Positions 23,903-37,758 of a DNA stretch of 64,000 nucleotides are shown here, one piece after another. The position numbers and the translations under genes were made by a program. The notes under the pieces are model-generated. The model was not told where the DNA came from. It ran no database searches and was given only the letters and a program-made list of their open reading frames with translations. The stretch is from Trichosphaerium sp. ATCC 40318. Its lineage: Eukaryota; Protista; Tubulinea. Where the stretch lies: assembly GCA_038496445.1 (NCBI GenBank), contig JALMLS010000100.1, positions 1-64,000 on the forward strand, read 5' to 3'. Position 1 is the first letter of the stretch; each line of letters starts with the position of its first letter.

Positions 23903-25910
23903 TTACTGCTGTCTTTTATTTCTTCCTTTTTTGCCATTCGTGAGGTGTTCAATTGTCACTGTGTGACTTTTCTACTCGCGTCTTGCTATGGCTTGATGTC
24001 TCTTTGTGCGATTGCAAAGTAAACCTAAACTCTCGTACTTTTGCAGTCTGTACCGCTGCAATTAATGGACGCACAAACTTGCTGTGTTAACAGTTTCGAA
24101 CTCGTGTTATGAAGCGTTTGATGGCTGTTCAAATTGAATGATGTGGTAAGTCAACCAATACTAAGCCAAACTTGAAATTTTAAACATGAACTCCGTGTTG
24201 TGGCGCCATCATATCAAGCCTCGATAGTGCACCAACAGCTTGAAACAATAATTAGAAAAAAAAAACCTGGAAATTTAACAACAATTTGCAGCGTACCTTC
24301 ACCTCCATCTGCTAATGTACCCAAAGGAGATTTAGGATGTGTGTGATGTTCTCTACTTCCAAAACTTGCAAACTTAAATTGTGGTGCATGATGACTAATA
24401 TGCAAAACTAAACTTTCAGGTTGGCCATCCCACCAAAACGGTACTGGCACAAGCGCAATACCTACAACGCTTTTAGAAAAAATAAACTTTCTCGAAAAAA
24501 AGACTTTTTAGAATGTCGCAACTGCGTCTACAACAACTGTGTAGCACGTGCAATCGAAAAAAATAAAACCAATAGAAAATATTACAAGAGAGCGTGTACC
24601 ATATCTAGCACATGCTAGAGCCTTTAAAGCGTCTTTCTTCATGAACATAGAAGAAGGTTGAGAATGGTTATAAACTTCTTGGTAGTGATGTTCTCCTTGA
24701 TACTCAAACGCTAAATTGTAACGAGGTACGAATACATCAACGGACATGAGCTCCTCTGTTGGATCCGAAGGACCTATGAAGTGCTCTTCAGTAACAGAGA
24801 CATCGCCCACTATAAGTTTGACCATCCTGATGAGCAATCTTTACAAAAAAAAAGTGAGCTCAAGTAAATCTGACAGAAATTATGTAATATTTTTAGTTTT
24901 GCTTTTATACCTTTGCCTGCTTTTACGGTGTATAGTTGAAAACTGTGACCAATACCACTTTACATTCGGATATATTGATTTAAGTATATTGGGATAACCT
25001 GAAAACCCGTGAAAGCCTTCAGCTACCAAATCAGTACATGACACGCGATACCTTTTGTTCGGTTAGAACTTTTTTCAAAAAACCGAGAAGTCTCTCACTT
25101 ACCACCCACCAGGATCTTTAATATTTAATCTCTTCTCCATTTTTCGTAAGTACTGTACTTGGTTTCTACGCTCCAGCCAAAAGCCACGCGGTCTACGCCT
25201 TTGTAGAAGTGTCAGATGCTGCACACGAAAAATTTTCAAAAAAGAGGTTTGTTTTTATTACCTGAAATCTTCTGGGTTCCATATGTAGTTTGGATATACA
25301 GCTTTAAATGTACTTATTAACGAATTGGAAAATCTATAATACAAAACAAAGTGTCAGGACAAGAAAAACGAAATGTCACAATACCTACCGCTCCAACAAA
25401 GAAGCGCCACCTGATTTCCTAATACTGTCTACACTGTACTTTGGCCAGTCGCTGAGGTGCTTTACGCCAAGATTACGTCCTACTCTGTCAAACATTGTGA
25501 CTTGGTTATCACTACTATTCCAGTGGCGCGACGGTACGCTGGGGCAATTAATACACTAAATATAACAAATGCGAACCTCATAAACTGGTAAATATCCCAC
25601 GGGTGGTTGGGATATATAGAACATATTGTTTTAGAGTAGCTGTAGTGGTATCTGAGGCATTTAATTAATTTTTGAAATAGTAAGCGTTCACCAACGTACT
25701 TATGCATCGCTGGTTGCCCTCCCGCCGCAAGAAACTCATCATGCGTTATTGTGTACCAATCACTTACCACTTGAACGCCTAGGCGCTTCCCGATCTTATT
25801 TAATAACGACTGGTCATAATTTACATCTTACTACAATAAGTAACGTTTGACAGTTCGGCTGTACGTTTTGAGGTTAAAAGCTTCGTATGACGCCCTCTGA
25901 ATCGTCTCAT
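23903..25910 (-). CDS. Repeat protein (PxxxW/P(R)GFW units) with a C-terminal PD-(D/E)xK-like nuclease
   Basis: DVFVPRYNLAFEYQGEHHY...D..K..AC, VPFWWDG, repeated YPxHxW / WY units. Start and end approximate. Confidence 0.7.
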
Positions 25911-26174
25911 AGTTATTCGACGCTACAAAGCGACAGTACAATGGTGTAAGTACATAATATGTACAGCCGAATTTTTTTCTAGGCTTGCAATTCTCCACAT
26001 TTTCTTTACGAAAGTAAAAAAAAGTCAATACAACAGTGCGAATCTGACTTTCCTAACCCAACAAGCTTTTAGCTCTCTAGTTTTTCACAACCGGTACATA
26101 TACGAGAATTACTCGAAGATACGTCGCTAACGCAGCTTTCCAGACACAACCCGTGATCAAGAAAAAAATACAAA

Positions 26175-26892
26175 ATGGTAAGAACAAGCGTTGTTGGAGA
26201 TGCTCTCAAAGCAATTACTACTGCCGAACGATTGGGTAGACGCCAAGTTTTGGTTAGACCTGTCTCAAAGGTCCTTATAAAGTTCTTGCAAATCATGCAA
26301 AGACATGGTACGCATTCTAGACTCAGATACACGAGAAATGCGCTTGTTAAGCTGATTTTCTTCACATCTGTTTTGTGCTCGCATTTGGCATTGTCCTTGC
26401 CACAAACGCGCAATGACCGCTAACGCCGTACTTTTGTCGGCGTTAAATGCAATTTAAACTCAAAGATCTTTACAACGCACCAAAAATGTATCTATCAGCA
26501 TTTCTAATCGTCAAACAAGGTTACATTGGCGATTTCGAAGTCATTGATGATCATCGTTCTGGTAAAGCTGTCATAAACCTCACTGGTAGAATTAATAAGG
26601 CCGCCGTTATCTCTCCACGTTTTGATGTTCGTAAATGTCTTATTAAACGTACATTAATCGTCCTTGCAGGTGAAATATAGCGATTTGGAAAAATGGGAAG
26701 CAAATGTATTGCCATCCCGACTTTACGGAAGTCTCGTCCTCACAACTTCATCTGGCATTTTGGATAATGTTCAGTGCAGAGAAAAGAGGATTGGAGGAAA
26801 GGTAAACAATCAAGTTTTTTTTTGTTATTTTTTCTTTCGCTGTTACTTGTCTTGTAACTGACACGTTGTAGATCATCGGCTTCTTTTTTTAA
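26175..26892 (+). CDS. RPS15A: 40S ribosomal protein S15a (uS8)
   Basis: MVRTSV...[39 protein letters not shown]. Confidence 0.97.
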
Positions 26893-27409
26893 AAATGACC
26901 CTGTCATCAGTCTTTCTGTATAAATACTTCGCAGCGATAGCGATGACCCCAATAAACTGACGGTTTGAAAAAAAACCTGTCTCAATTTTTTTGTGATATC
27001 GATTCGGTTGACACTTGAGAAGGAATTGGATGAAAAAAGAAAAAAATGAGTGGACTGCCGCGACTAGAGCTTTTGCTCAACGCTTGCAACATGTTGCAAG
27101 GCCAGGTAGCTCTTTGAAAAATCGCGCGTTGTTATTTTTTTTTTGCGGTTAAAAATTTGTTTTCCAAATTAGTGAATTCAACAATTTGCACGCTCAACAA
27201 CCCTTTTGCAGTACAAATCGGAAAAGAAAGTAAAGAATTTGAACGATTCGAAATGCCAAATTGGTTACACGGTACTTGTTTTGACCTCTAAATACGCTGT
27301 TTGTAATCTATGTGCGAATGCGCATACAAACGCGTTGCTGTGCGCGTTTTGGTCGGAAATACTACTGAACTTACACAAAGGTATGTATCACAAAATCAAA
27401 TTTATTTAT

Positions 27410-28489
27410 TTAAGCGTGTTTTTTAATAAAAGCAACAGTATCGGCCATAGCTTCATCAGCTTTAGCTTTGAGCGTCTCATTTTTGTCGTAGTCTCCGCGT
27501 ACAACAAATCCGTGGTACATGCCTACCAATAAAATTAAATTTGACACTTGAGAATAAATGTATTTTTTGAAACACGTACCATCGCCAAAAACTTTGACAT
27601 CTCCTCCTTTACCGTGTCCGTCTTTGTACGCTTGGAGAATGTCCTTTTGTGTTTTTTCGTTGAAGTAAGCATCACCTGTAGAGATATTAAATAATGCCAA
27701 TCTTCGGAAAAAAGTAATAACGCACCAGCAACTGTAATGTAGAATACTGGGCACTTAGCCTTCTTGACAGCTTCGACTCCATCGCCTACACCATGTAGGG
27801 ATACAGCAGAGGCAAAAAGACCGCTGGCAGCAAGAGCAGATGAACAGCATAAGCCACCTTAGAAATAAAATGTCAGTTTACAAAGTTTTTTGGTTATTAA
27901 TTCAGTGCTTGTAATCGTTAAAGTGCGTACCCCAGCAGAATCCAATACAAGCGACTTTATCGTAACCTTTTTCTTTTATGTAGTTAACGACGCTCTACAC
28001 ACTTTTAGCTCCATTGACAAATGTAATGTACTGAAAACACGTACAGTGGCGTCTTTGTTAACGAGGTTCTCCCAAAAGGCTGGTGTCGTAATGGAACCAA
28101 ACCACTTGCCAAAATCGTCGCCTGAGAGAGCCTTCTCTGCTGGCCAGGCTTTACCATTGTGGTAGAAATCTTTAACAACTGTCAAAAGTTTTTAGTTTCA
28201 AAGGTAACGAACCTGGCATTACAGCATAGAATCCTTTGCCAGCGAGGTAATCAACAATGTATTTACAATTTGGGATGCCTGTGCACAGTTTAGAAAAATT
28301 TTCAGACATTTCTCTGCGTTAGAGCGGCGTACCATAACCGAAAATATCGTGAGCTACTAATACAGCTACTTTTTGCTTTGTTTCTGTGGTTGGCTCGCAA
28401 TAATAGATTGGTAAGTCTCCAAGCTTTTCTTCTTTGCCTTTAAGTTTATCAGCAGATCTAACGACTCCTACACAGCAAGGCTTGTCCAT
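27410..28489 (-). CDS. Dienelactone hydrolase family protein
   Basis: HDIFGY, AVMPDFY, GFCWGG, HGFVVRGD. Confidence 0.88.
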
Positions 28490-29330
28490 TTGTTGTTACT
28501 TTGATTTTAGCTTTTGATTTTGAAGCACAGTGTGGTCACTTTACTTCAACGGAAGGCCTAATTTGGCATTCCAAGGAAAACCACTTTTAGAAAAAGGCCC
28601 GAGGGCTTCACACGAAAGACTCACGTACGTATTGTGCGGTGTAGTTAAAGTTATACCACGTGTTGTAGTGCTATAGTGGTGAACGTCCTGTGAGAAAAAG
28701 ACAATCTCGTTTACGTTTTTTTTTCGAAAACAATTAGTTACAATAAAAGATAATTGCAACCGCGGAACAATTTTGTCCTCCAGTTTCATATGTTACAGCA
28801 ACGATTTGAAATGGTGACAAGACCAAGTCCATTCACTACTTTCGCATTCACTGTGGTCTACAACGAAGAGTATGCATTTACAATTGGCTGTGCCTAGGTG
28901 GATTGAATATGACCAAATTCACTTGTGTTGGGAACAGAACTGCTATTAGTGGTGTACGCAAACCATTTGATAACATCGCGCAGATGTTGATACAATGAAC
29001 TACAATCAGCTGTTGACGATTTTAAAGTGACACCTGTAAAATGTTTTGCCAAACGCGAAGGTATTTGTAGCCAGTCTTTCAGCCAACGGCTCTCAATAAT
29101 ACCCCTTATGTTGCGCATGGTGCCAGCACAGCAACGCGATACTTCGAGGAGTGGTTCCTCCAATACTGCGGTCACCTATTCAAATAGAAGTTATCGAATA
29201 CTTCTAAAATATTTTATTACACAAGACATCGGTGACGTCGCCGCACGTGGCGTAATTGGGGCGCGCATACACGAGTTACTTACACGCAATTCGCTCACCA
29301 AGCCTTAGACTTTGACCTAAAGCGACAAAA

Positions 29331-30463
29331 TCAACAATAACACATGTCGTCTTCTGTTTGGTGTTGTTGTTCTACTTGTATTTTTTTCGAGCGCCTTGGC
29401 GTGTTCCAAACGCCTGGTGTTTGTAGGATCTATTATAAGTATTACCATTGGGGCACAAAAGCGCAAAAAGTCACAAAAAAATAATTTTGGGTAGAACAAT
29501 TTTTTACCTTTCTTGTCAACATATCAACTGCGTTCTTAACACCAGTACCAGTCTTGGAGCTTGTTTCGATAAATAGTAATCCTTTTTCATCGGCATATTG
29601 TTTACCAGCCTCTGTTGATATCTCACGTCCTTCCATATCGATCTTGTTACCAATAAGAACTTTGACAATATCTTTATCTAAAAAAGTTTTTGTTTAGCTT
29701 CCACAAGTCTACAAAAAAAGTGTCTAGCGTAAAACAAAGGATGTAGTACTTGTGGCAAATAGATCTGCCTCTTCCAACCAACTATCTAAGTTTTGGAATG
29801 ACTCTTCTCTTGTAACGTCATAAACTATTTGAAATTAGTTTTTAGCTGTCATTTAGTTTGCTGGATGGAGGTCATTGGACCTGGTAGATACGAGATCACT
29901 CAGTTTGCCCTTAAAAGGCGATCTACGACCGAAACGGTTTTTTTATTGAATAGCGTTCTCAAAAAACACGGAGAACGTTTGCGTACCTAATATGATTCCT
30001 TGGGTTCCTCTGTAGTATGATTCTGTGAGGCTTCTGAATTTCTCTTGTCCTGCCTGATTTTTTTTTAATTTATTTGACGAATAGGTACGCTACAACGTAC
30101 TGTATCCCAAACTAGATGATGTCAGAGCGTTTGAAAAAAAAAATATGGTACCTGTAAGCCCAACTTCTTTACCGTCAATTGTTTGGTTATATACTTGAAA
30201 ATCAACACCTATTGTGGCCGGTTGTTCAGCAATAAATTCATCAGACACCAAACGCAACCTAACGTTGTCGGTTATGCACACTTAGACTTGTTACGCGTAC
30301 AGCATGCTCGTTTTGCCAACCCTACTCATGTTAGTTCTGTTTGAAATATTTATTGGTAATTTGGCTTACCCTGAGTCACCTAAGAGGTTGTTAGGTCTAA
30401 TAAAGCGTAAAAGTCTGACGCACCAATAAAAAGTACTTTAAATATATGCTGTGGTTGTTCCAT
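29331..30463 (-). CDS. RAB18: Rab18-like small GTPase
   Basis: GDSGVGKT, TIGVDF, WDTAGQEKFRSLT, NKID, ETSSK, ILQTPGVW, C-terminal CYC. Contains 10-, 21- and 11-nt exons. Confidence 0.88.
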
Positions 30464-30811
30464 GATTGTTTTGATGCACACGTAAGCAAAATTTACTCGT
30501 TGACGATCGTCAAATAGAAAATCGTTGCTTTGGGTCACATTTGGTCAACAATCAATTTCATTGGGCGAAAGTTGTTTTTTGCTATTAATTCTTGATTACT
30601 TGTTCACCGTTTAGGAATACTAGCGTCTGCTAATAATAGTGAGGACTCTATTACTTAGTATTACCCAGCTTTATTGTTAGTACACTATCTTTAGTTGCGC
30701 AGTTTTTAGGTTAAATACTGCGCAATAGTACGGTTAAAAAGCACTCATAGTACATCATATTGTACGTTGCCATATATTTCTCATGTTCATACTACATGAA
30801 AAAACAGAATT

Positions 30812-32144
30812 CTAATTTTGTAAGATTTGTACGGCCGCAGACGGAGGTTTAAAACGATAATGTTGTCTTTAAAAGTACTTTATATTACAGTTACTACATT
30901 GTTTGTACAAAAAACACAATATGTACATTGTTTTTCTTTTAATCAGTTGGCGCAACTCAGACAGAATTTGATACATAACCCTCACCAGAGATAATTTTGT
31001 CATATCGTCTTTTGCATTGAGTATCTGTGCGGCCAACCAGTACACGAGAAACTCGACTCCAGCTTTCATTAAATTCTGAAAACAGCTTGACGAGTAGGGC
31101 GTCCTCTGCCGGAGTCCAAGGACCCTTATTGATGCTAGGTTTACATACGCGGTGCCAGTGTTGTGCTAGAAAATGAGTCAATAAACTGAATGTGACAGAT
31201 GAGGAAAGCTAAAAAAAGAAAGAACTGAAAAAAATACGTACAACATTGAGAAGCGTTCTTTTCAAAGCCTGTCTTTGCGTTGAGGCGCTTTGCAATCTTG
31301 TTCCAGCCTTTAGGCTTTTCCATTTCGCCGACGAGTTCCATCAATAAGTACGATTCCTCCGGAGTCCAAAAGTTTGCTGGGCGACGTTGGCGTATTTCTT
31401 CTTTTTTTCGTCTCTTTGTGATTCGTTGCGCGGTGTCTTTGGCGGAGGATTTACGTTTCATTGTTCGTTCACCACTATTGGTACGCCACTCTTTTTTCTG
31501 AACGTAGCCATCATTGTACCGATGTTGTGTACCGGAGGTTCTGGTTATGTTTCCGTGTTGCATAGTGCCAGGTAACAATCGTAGCAAAGGAGGAGTTTTT
31601 ACGTCTATAAACAGAATTAGAGGCATTTTCGTATATTACAACGTTGGAATTGTTTTCTGATATTGTGTACGTACATCGCCCGTCAGGTTGTCGCACTAGA
31701 CAGGTGGCTTGAGTATTACCAGGGACAAGCTGTGGCGAGTTTGTTTGGTGTTCGCCACCTGCTGCTGGGATATTTCGTTGTACTGAGTGAAAGCCAGCGT
31801 GCATGCGTCCATCACGAGGTCTGTGTGCATTTTGGAGCTGTTTATTGTAGTTTGGGCGCATAGATAAGAATTGCGCTGTTTGTCCACCCATTTGCGTGCT
31901 TGGGTTGTACTGTACCGGCTAAAAGTCAGTAAATTACAAAGTACGAAGCAAGAAACCTGCGCACCTTTTGAGGCTGATTTTCTGATATGCTTAATTTACT
32001 GAGAGTAGCCAAGGGAGGGTTGATTGTTGATATATGAGGCAAACGGACACCTTTCTTTGGTCTTATTGCAATTGGGCGCGTGACTTTTTTGAAGGCGCTG
32101 TATACTGATCCAAATGACGTTCTTGTTTCGTTTTGCTTAAACAT
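30812..32144 (-). CDS. Myb-repeat transcription factor
   Basis: FWTPEE...WNKIA...QC..HW, KGPWTPAEDALL...WSRVS..LVGRTDTQCKRRY. The 5' end is uncertain. Confidence 0.85.
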
Positions 32145-34125
32145 TCTACAAGTACGATTAATTGAGAGTTTTTATTGGGTGTATACCAAAAATAACGCGG
32201 TACAACAAAATGTTTTCAGGATTTTGAAAAATGTGATATACAGTGTAGTTTTCATAGTTTGTTGTTGCAAGCGTGTTTGGGTAAATGACGGACTTTTTCT
32301 CTTTTTTTTTGTTTGTGATAGTTTTTTTGTTTGTGATAGTTACGTACCTTGTGTTTTGTTGTACTGGCTAGTTTCGCTTGTTGACGTGATTCTAACTAGT
32401 AGAAGTTTAGATGACAGCAGATATTCATTTCGGAGTTATTATGTAATTTTACACTAATTCAGCGCATGAAAAGTATCAAGCGCGGTTTTGAGGTTTGGAA
32501 TTGAGAAAACTTCGATACGGTAAAATTATTATGTTGCCGGTAGTTTTCTTCATAGCGCGAAAAGCAAATGTGGGCGTAAACGCTATCAACAGGTTGTAGA
32601 GAACGTTTGTGCAGAATTGAGGCGATATACTATTCGTTAGGCTGCACAAGACCTCTAAACATGCACCGCGCATTCTAGTACTGTGCGTTGAGTAGTTTTA
32701 TAGAGTCTAGGCAGAAGGCGCGAGTAGAAATTGCTCAATGCAACTACAATTTGCAAAGAAGGGAGAAAAGGTGTAATGTGGTGTGAGGGATATGTACCTT
32801 GGTTTTTTTGTACAGGCGATGTGTACGTAAGCTGTTCTTAGGAAAAATGATTTTGCCAAGCGAGAAATTTCATCATTTTTCGTATCAAACCAAACGCTAT
32901 GTATATTTAGGTTCGGGCTATCTACCACTTTTACTCTTTTTTGCATTGTCACTAGTACACATAAGCATTTTTAGCAGGAGTGTTGGCAATGAACTAAAAA
33001 AGGCACATTTGATCCCCGACAAAAAAATTTGTTTTTTGTGCTTCGTTTTTATTTTTGTTTTGAAAAAACCATTGTACAATATTTGCGTGGTACGTTTGTT
33101 TCGTTTACAACGGTTTTTTTTTGTATCGACTTGACTACCGTTTCGGTTTGATTAGTTTTTATTTGTTATTTATGTATAACTTTTCACAACGAATCAATTG
33201 TAACGAGAAGGTTACCATATTTATTTATACATTGAATTATGGCGAAATCAAGGGTTTTTTGGTTTGTTGCAGAAAAGGTTAAAAAAAGAAAGGAAGTTTG
33301 TTTACATTTTGGGCATTTATCATTATCTGGTGACAATTATTGCTGTACTTTATTCTACATAGCGCATGATAACGTAATACTACATGTGCAGGTATCTTAT
33401 GTTGCGAGTGTACTATGCAGTTGTCGGGAATCCTCCCGTACATCTATTAGAGAGATATAGGACCCTCATACGCGAAACGGCATATTTTTATCTTTTTTAG
33501 AAATAGTTTCTTGTGCTTACCTTTTATGCACTACTGGAAATGATGCTCAAATACTATCTATACTAAGATAGACTGCGCCCCAATTTCTCCGTTAACTTGT
33601 TTATACAAAACGACTATTTTACAAACTACACAAAACGATACGTTTTTTTTTAAAACGAACCACGTGAAATTGGTGTACAGGCGAAAAGGAGGTGAGGAAG
33701 GGAGTAGATGGAATTAGAGTTTTTAGGTACAACTTGGCAATACAGAATACGTTGTGTACTATTTACAGACGTACTTACTTTCACTATCAATTTTTAGTAA
33801 TATGAGCGCCTGAAGTTTATGTAGCGTAGGTTTACGTTTTGAACAACATTTTGCAACTTGGGTAGTTTTAACTGTTTAAAAACACTATATTCGGTTGTAG
33901 TCTCAAAACGCGGGAGGTAACCACAATACTTTGTAACTTTACAATAAACGCAAAAAAAAAAAAACAAAACAAAAAAAACATCGTTAAAAATACAACGTGA
34001 CGCCATGGCGCGCGTAAATATATCTGAGAAGGCTTTATTGAGAATATTCTCATACCTTGGACAAAATTTGACTTGGGGAAATTATTTTACAACGTTCGTA
34101 CCCAGCTTTTGAACCGTTTAGCTGT

Positions 34126-37100
34126 ATGGCTACACCAGAAGTTAGCAAACCTATCGAACCACCGTCCCCAACTCTGTGCCATGCACAATTGGGTTCTAGT
34201 CCTCCGCCATCAGATGTACGTCATTTACGTCACTAAATTATCTTATTGAGCCAGTGGAACGATGTATTTGCTGTAAATGAGCAATTTCACCAACATACGG
34301 AACAAGCACCTGAGGGCAACGTGAAGAGCGTTAATTATCCTGGAGAAGTGAATACGCTCGTTTTAGACGCTGTTATCACTTTTCCTGCTTTGAACCTGGC
34401 AGCAACAGAGAGCGTTCTTACTCTATCAAACTACAGGATTAGAGCCACCAAAAAAAATCAGGTACGTTTTAAAACAATGCATAAATACGCAAAAATTATG
34501 TATAAAAATACTCTGCACGCATTCTACGTTGTTACCTTGAAGCCTCAAATTCCAAATGAATGAATTCCACTTAATGGTCGTTTTAGTCCAGAGATGCAGA
34601 GGAACTGCCTGGTACCACCATCGACTTACCGTATTGCACCATAGCAAATGTTAACAACGCGGCTGCACAATCGAACAACGGAAACACCTGGAATGCATCG
34701 TTTTTTGACGGCGGAAGTAGCGCGTTTGTTATTGCTATAAAGACAAAGGTACATATAAAACCTTTATGGTTCCTATTTTGCAAATCTACAAGGTCCTCAT
34801 CACGCAGCGTCAACCATCGTACAGTACAGGTGGCCTGCTTTTAACGGGTTTTTTAAAACATTTTTGTTTACTAATCTCTGTAGGACATGCGGCGCTTCAC
34901 TATTCGCCTAAACTCTTGGGATGAATGTGATAGAGTGGATAAGGAAATTCAGACCCATGCGTTTTTTGGTTCAAACGTTAACTGCGTTTTTGCGTATCGT
35001 TACTTCAGGTACGTAAAAAGATGAATGGTTTGTGAATGAATCACAATGTCCTTCATGGCTGGCCTAATGGCTATTTTCTTCCTACCCTGTCATGCTTATA
35101 AGTTATCAGAGCTATTCACGAAAAGCAGGCGCCTCAAAATCGCCGGTGGTGCTTCGACGTGGACAAAGAGTTTCAACGGTTGAAATTTCCGTACGTTCGA
35201 AGTTTAAACGTTGGCCTTGTTTTCATTAATTTATGTTTTCACAGGAAGTCTATTTTTCGCGTTAGTGAAGCGAATAAAAAGTATAGGTTATGTTCAACAT
35301 ATCCTAGTAAGATTATAACTGTAACAGGCGCTAGTGATAGCCGTACGTGTAGAGCTAAACCTCACAATTTGTCTCGTAAAATTTTTCGGCTGGTTTTTTT
35401 TCTAATTTTTTGTGCTTAGAGTTGCGCGAAAGTGCTAGTTTTAGATCATCACGACGATTACCAGCGAGTAAGCTAGCGTTATAACTATAGATACCTAATT
35501 GTATTTAGTTTGTTGGGTACACAAAAATGGTGCTACACTATCTAGGTGCTCTCAACCGAAGGTATGGTTTTAGTGTATTACAAAAATAACTGACAATACT
35601 TGTGGTAGGTTGGTATTTACCGTGCGAAATCAGCACATGACGAGAAGTATATCTCGTGTATTTTTCGTTCAAATAAACACTACAATAATAAGAACATGGC
35701 AATATTCGACTGTAGATCTCAAATGGCGGCGAATGCGAACCTTTTCAAAGGTAACTGATTAAAAAACTTTTGTTATCCACTCGAATCTTACTTTTCGATA
35801 CCCAGGTGGTGGCACAGAGACAATGGATAATTATACGGGTGTGAAAATGCACCACTTGAATATAGACAACATCCATGGTAAATTCGATTTTCTCGTTAAC
35901 GGGTTCACTAACACATAAATAGCAATGCGCAGTAGTTACTCTTCTCTTGCGAATTTATATGGTAGCACAGCTGTTCCTGAAATGAGTTCTATCAGTGGTA
36001 CTCGATGGCTTAGTCATGTAAGAGGAGTGTTGAGTGGTGCTAAACGTGTCGCTGAAGCACTAGAACGTGATGAATTGTCTGTTCTTGTGCATTGTTCGGA
36101 TGGCTGGGATAGGACTACACAGGTTAGGATTGTTTTGATTATTTTTTATTTTTCGAAATAACATTTTTGTTTTAGATTACTTCAATGGTTCAAATGTTAT
36201 TGGATCCTTACTTCCGTACGCTGGAAGGGTTTTGTATGTTAATTCAAAAAGAGTGGCTTTCGTTTGGTCATAAATTTTCTGAACGGATTGGTCATGGGTT
36301 GCGTGATGACAAGTCAAATGAAATTTCACCAATTTTTCAACAGTGGCTAGGTTAGTCTTTTTTTTCCCCTGCTTTTTTAGTTTCTAACGTTGTTGCTCTA
36401 GATTGTGTATACCAAGTTTTATATCAGTATCCGAATTGGTTTGAATTTAATGAAACATTTTTAATTACTATAATGGATGAGGTTCGCTATCTTTTGTTTT
36501 TTGGTTTTTTTTGATGGTGTCATTTTATCGTTTCTTCAACTTATTCTTGCTTAAGTTGTATGCTTGTCGATTTGGAACCTTTTTATATAATTGCGAGAGG
36601 CAACGAAAACAACATAATCTTGCTGTTCGCACACTGGACCTCTGGACTTATATTGCGAATGATCAAAAATTGTACAAGTAAGTCACAGCTTTTCTTTTGC
36701 ATTTTTCTTGGTTTTCCTAACTCTTTCGTTTTCTCTTAGAAACGCCTCATTTATTCCTTTGAATGCGGCGATCTATCCCGATGTATCTTCAAGTCGATTA
36801 CAAGTTTGGGCTGCATATTATGCGCGTTATAATGCTGTTATGCATCAACATCATCTACATAATGTACTTTCTCTGAAGTCACGTCGCTCTGAGATGCTGA
36901 TGGACAAAGGTACTTACTTTGTTTGTGTAGTACGTACTAAAACCAAACTATAGAAGTGGGTGGACTGAAGGAAAAGCTAGTAGAAGCCGAAAAAAAGAAC
37001 AAAGTGTATGAAGCTTTATTACAGCAACAGATTCTTGAACACCCAGAAACTTCTCAGGAAATTTTGGACTTGGTTAGTAAAAGACCAGATATTTCTGATT

Positions 37101-37552
37101 GGGTACGTTAAACAAATAATGCGCAAAAAGATTATTACTGACACTTGGTGAACCTCTAGACTGTTCAGTTTGAAGTTGTTGAAGGACAAATGCCGAAATT
37201 CAAGTTGGTGCAAAAAAAAGAAACAAAAGTATCAAAACATTTCACTGGTCGTCTTGCACAATTACAAATAGATGATTATACTCAATCAACTTATCGTATG
37301 GAAGATAGTGTATTACAAGAACCAGAAACAAGACGAAAAGAGGTCGAGGAGATCTTGAGTGAATTTGTTTTTGCGGAAGGTGGAAAGCCTGAAGTTGCTG
37401 AACTTTTAAATGACACTTCATTGCATGAAGATATTGATAATGCTAATGATAGTCGATGGGACTTAAGCCAAAGCACGTCTCAGTATGTAACACTAAGCTT
37501 GTCCAAGTTATTGGGATGGTTGGGGTATAGCACAACTGATACGACATTGTAA
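34126..37552 (+). CDS. Myotubularin-related phosphoinositide phosphatase (active type)
   Basis: [47 protein letters not shown]. Confidence 0.92.
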
Positions 37553-37758
37553 ATAATAGGAAAAAAAAAGAAAATTACAGTAAAACATGAAACCTCAACT
37601 ATTCGGTTTTCTATTTTTGTTGTCTTGTACAAGATTTGGGTACCATAAGCGAATGAAGTCAACTATGTTAAGTAAGTAACAATTTTCTTTGCGCTAGTTT
37701 AAAGCGTGCACGCGCAGTCAAGTGGTTGACGTTACGATACACGTGGTGTCTGCAAAAA

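Noticed and set aside
28894-29308. 93-aa ORFs between the hydrolase and RAB18 genes
   Set aside because: No recognisable motif or convincing exon structure, so they cannot be supported.
29860-29940. TPP or purine riboswitch, U5 snRNA, or hammerhead in the RAB18 intron
   Set aside because: Only partial words match (CTGAG, GTATCTACC, GCCTTTTA). The required flanking helices and core nucleotides are missing.
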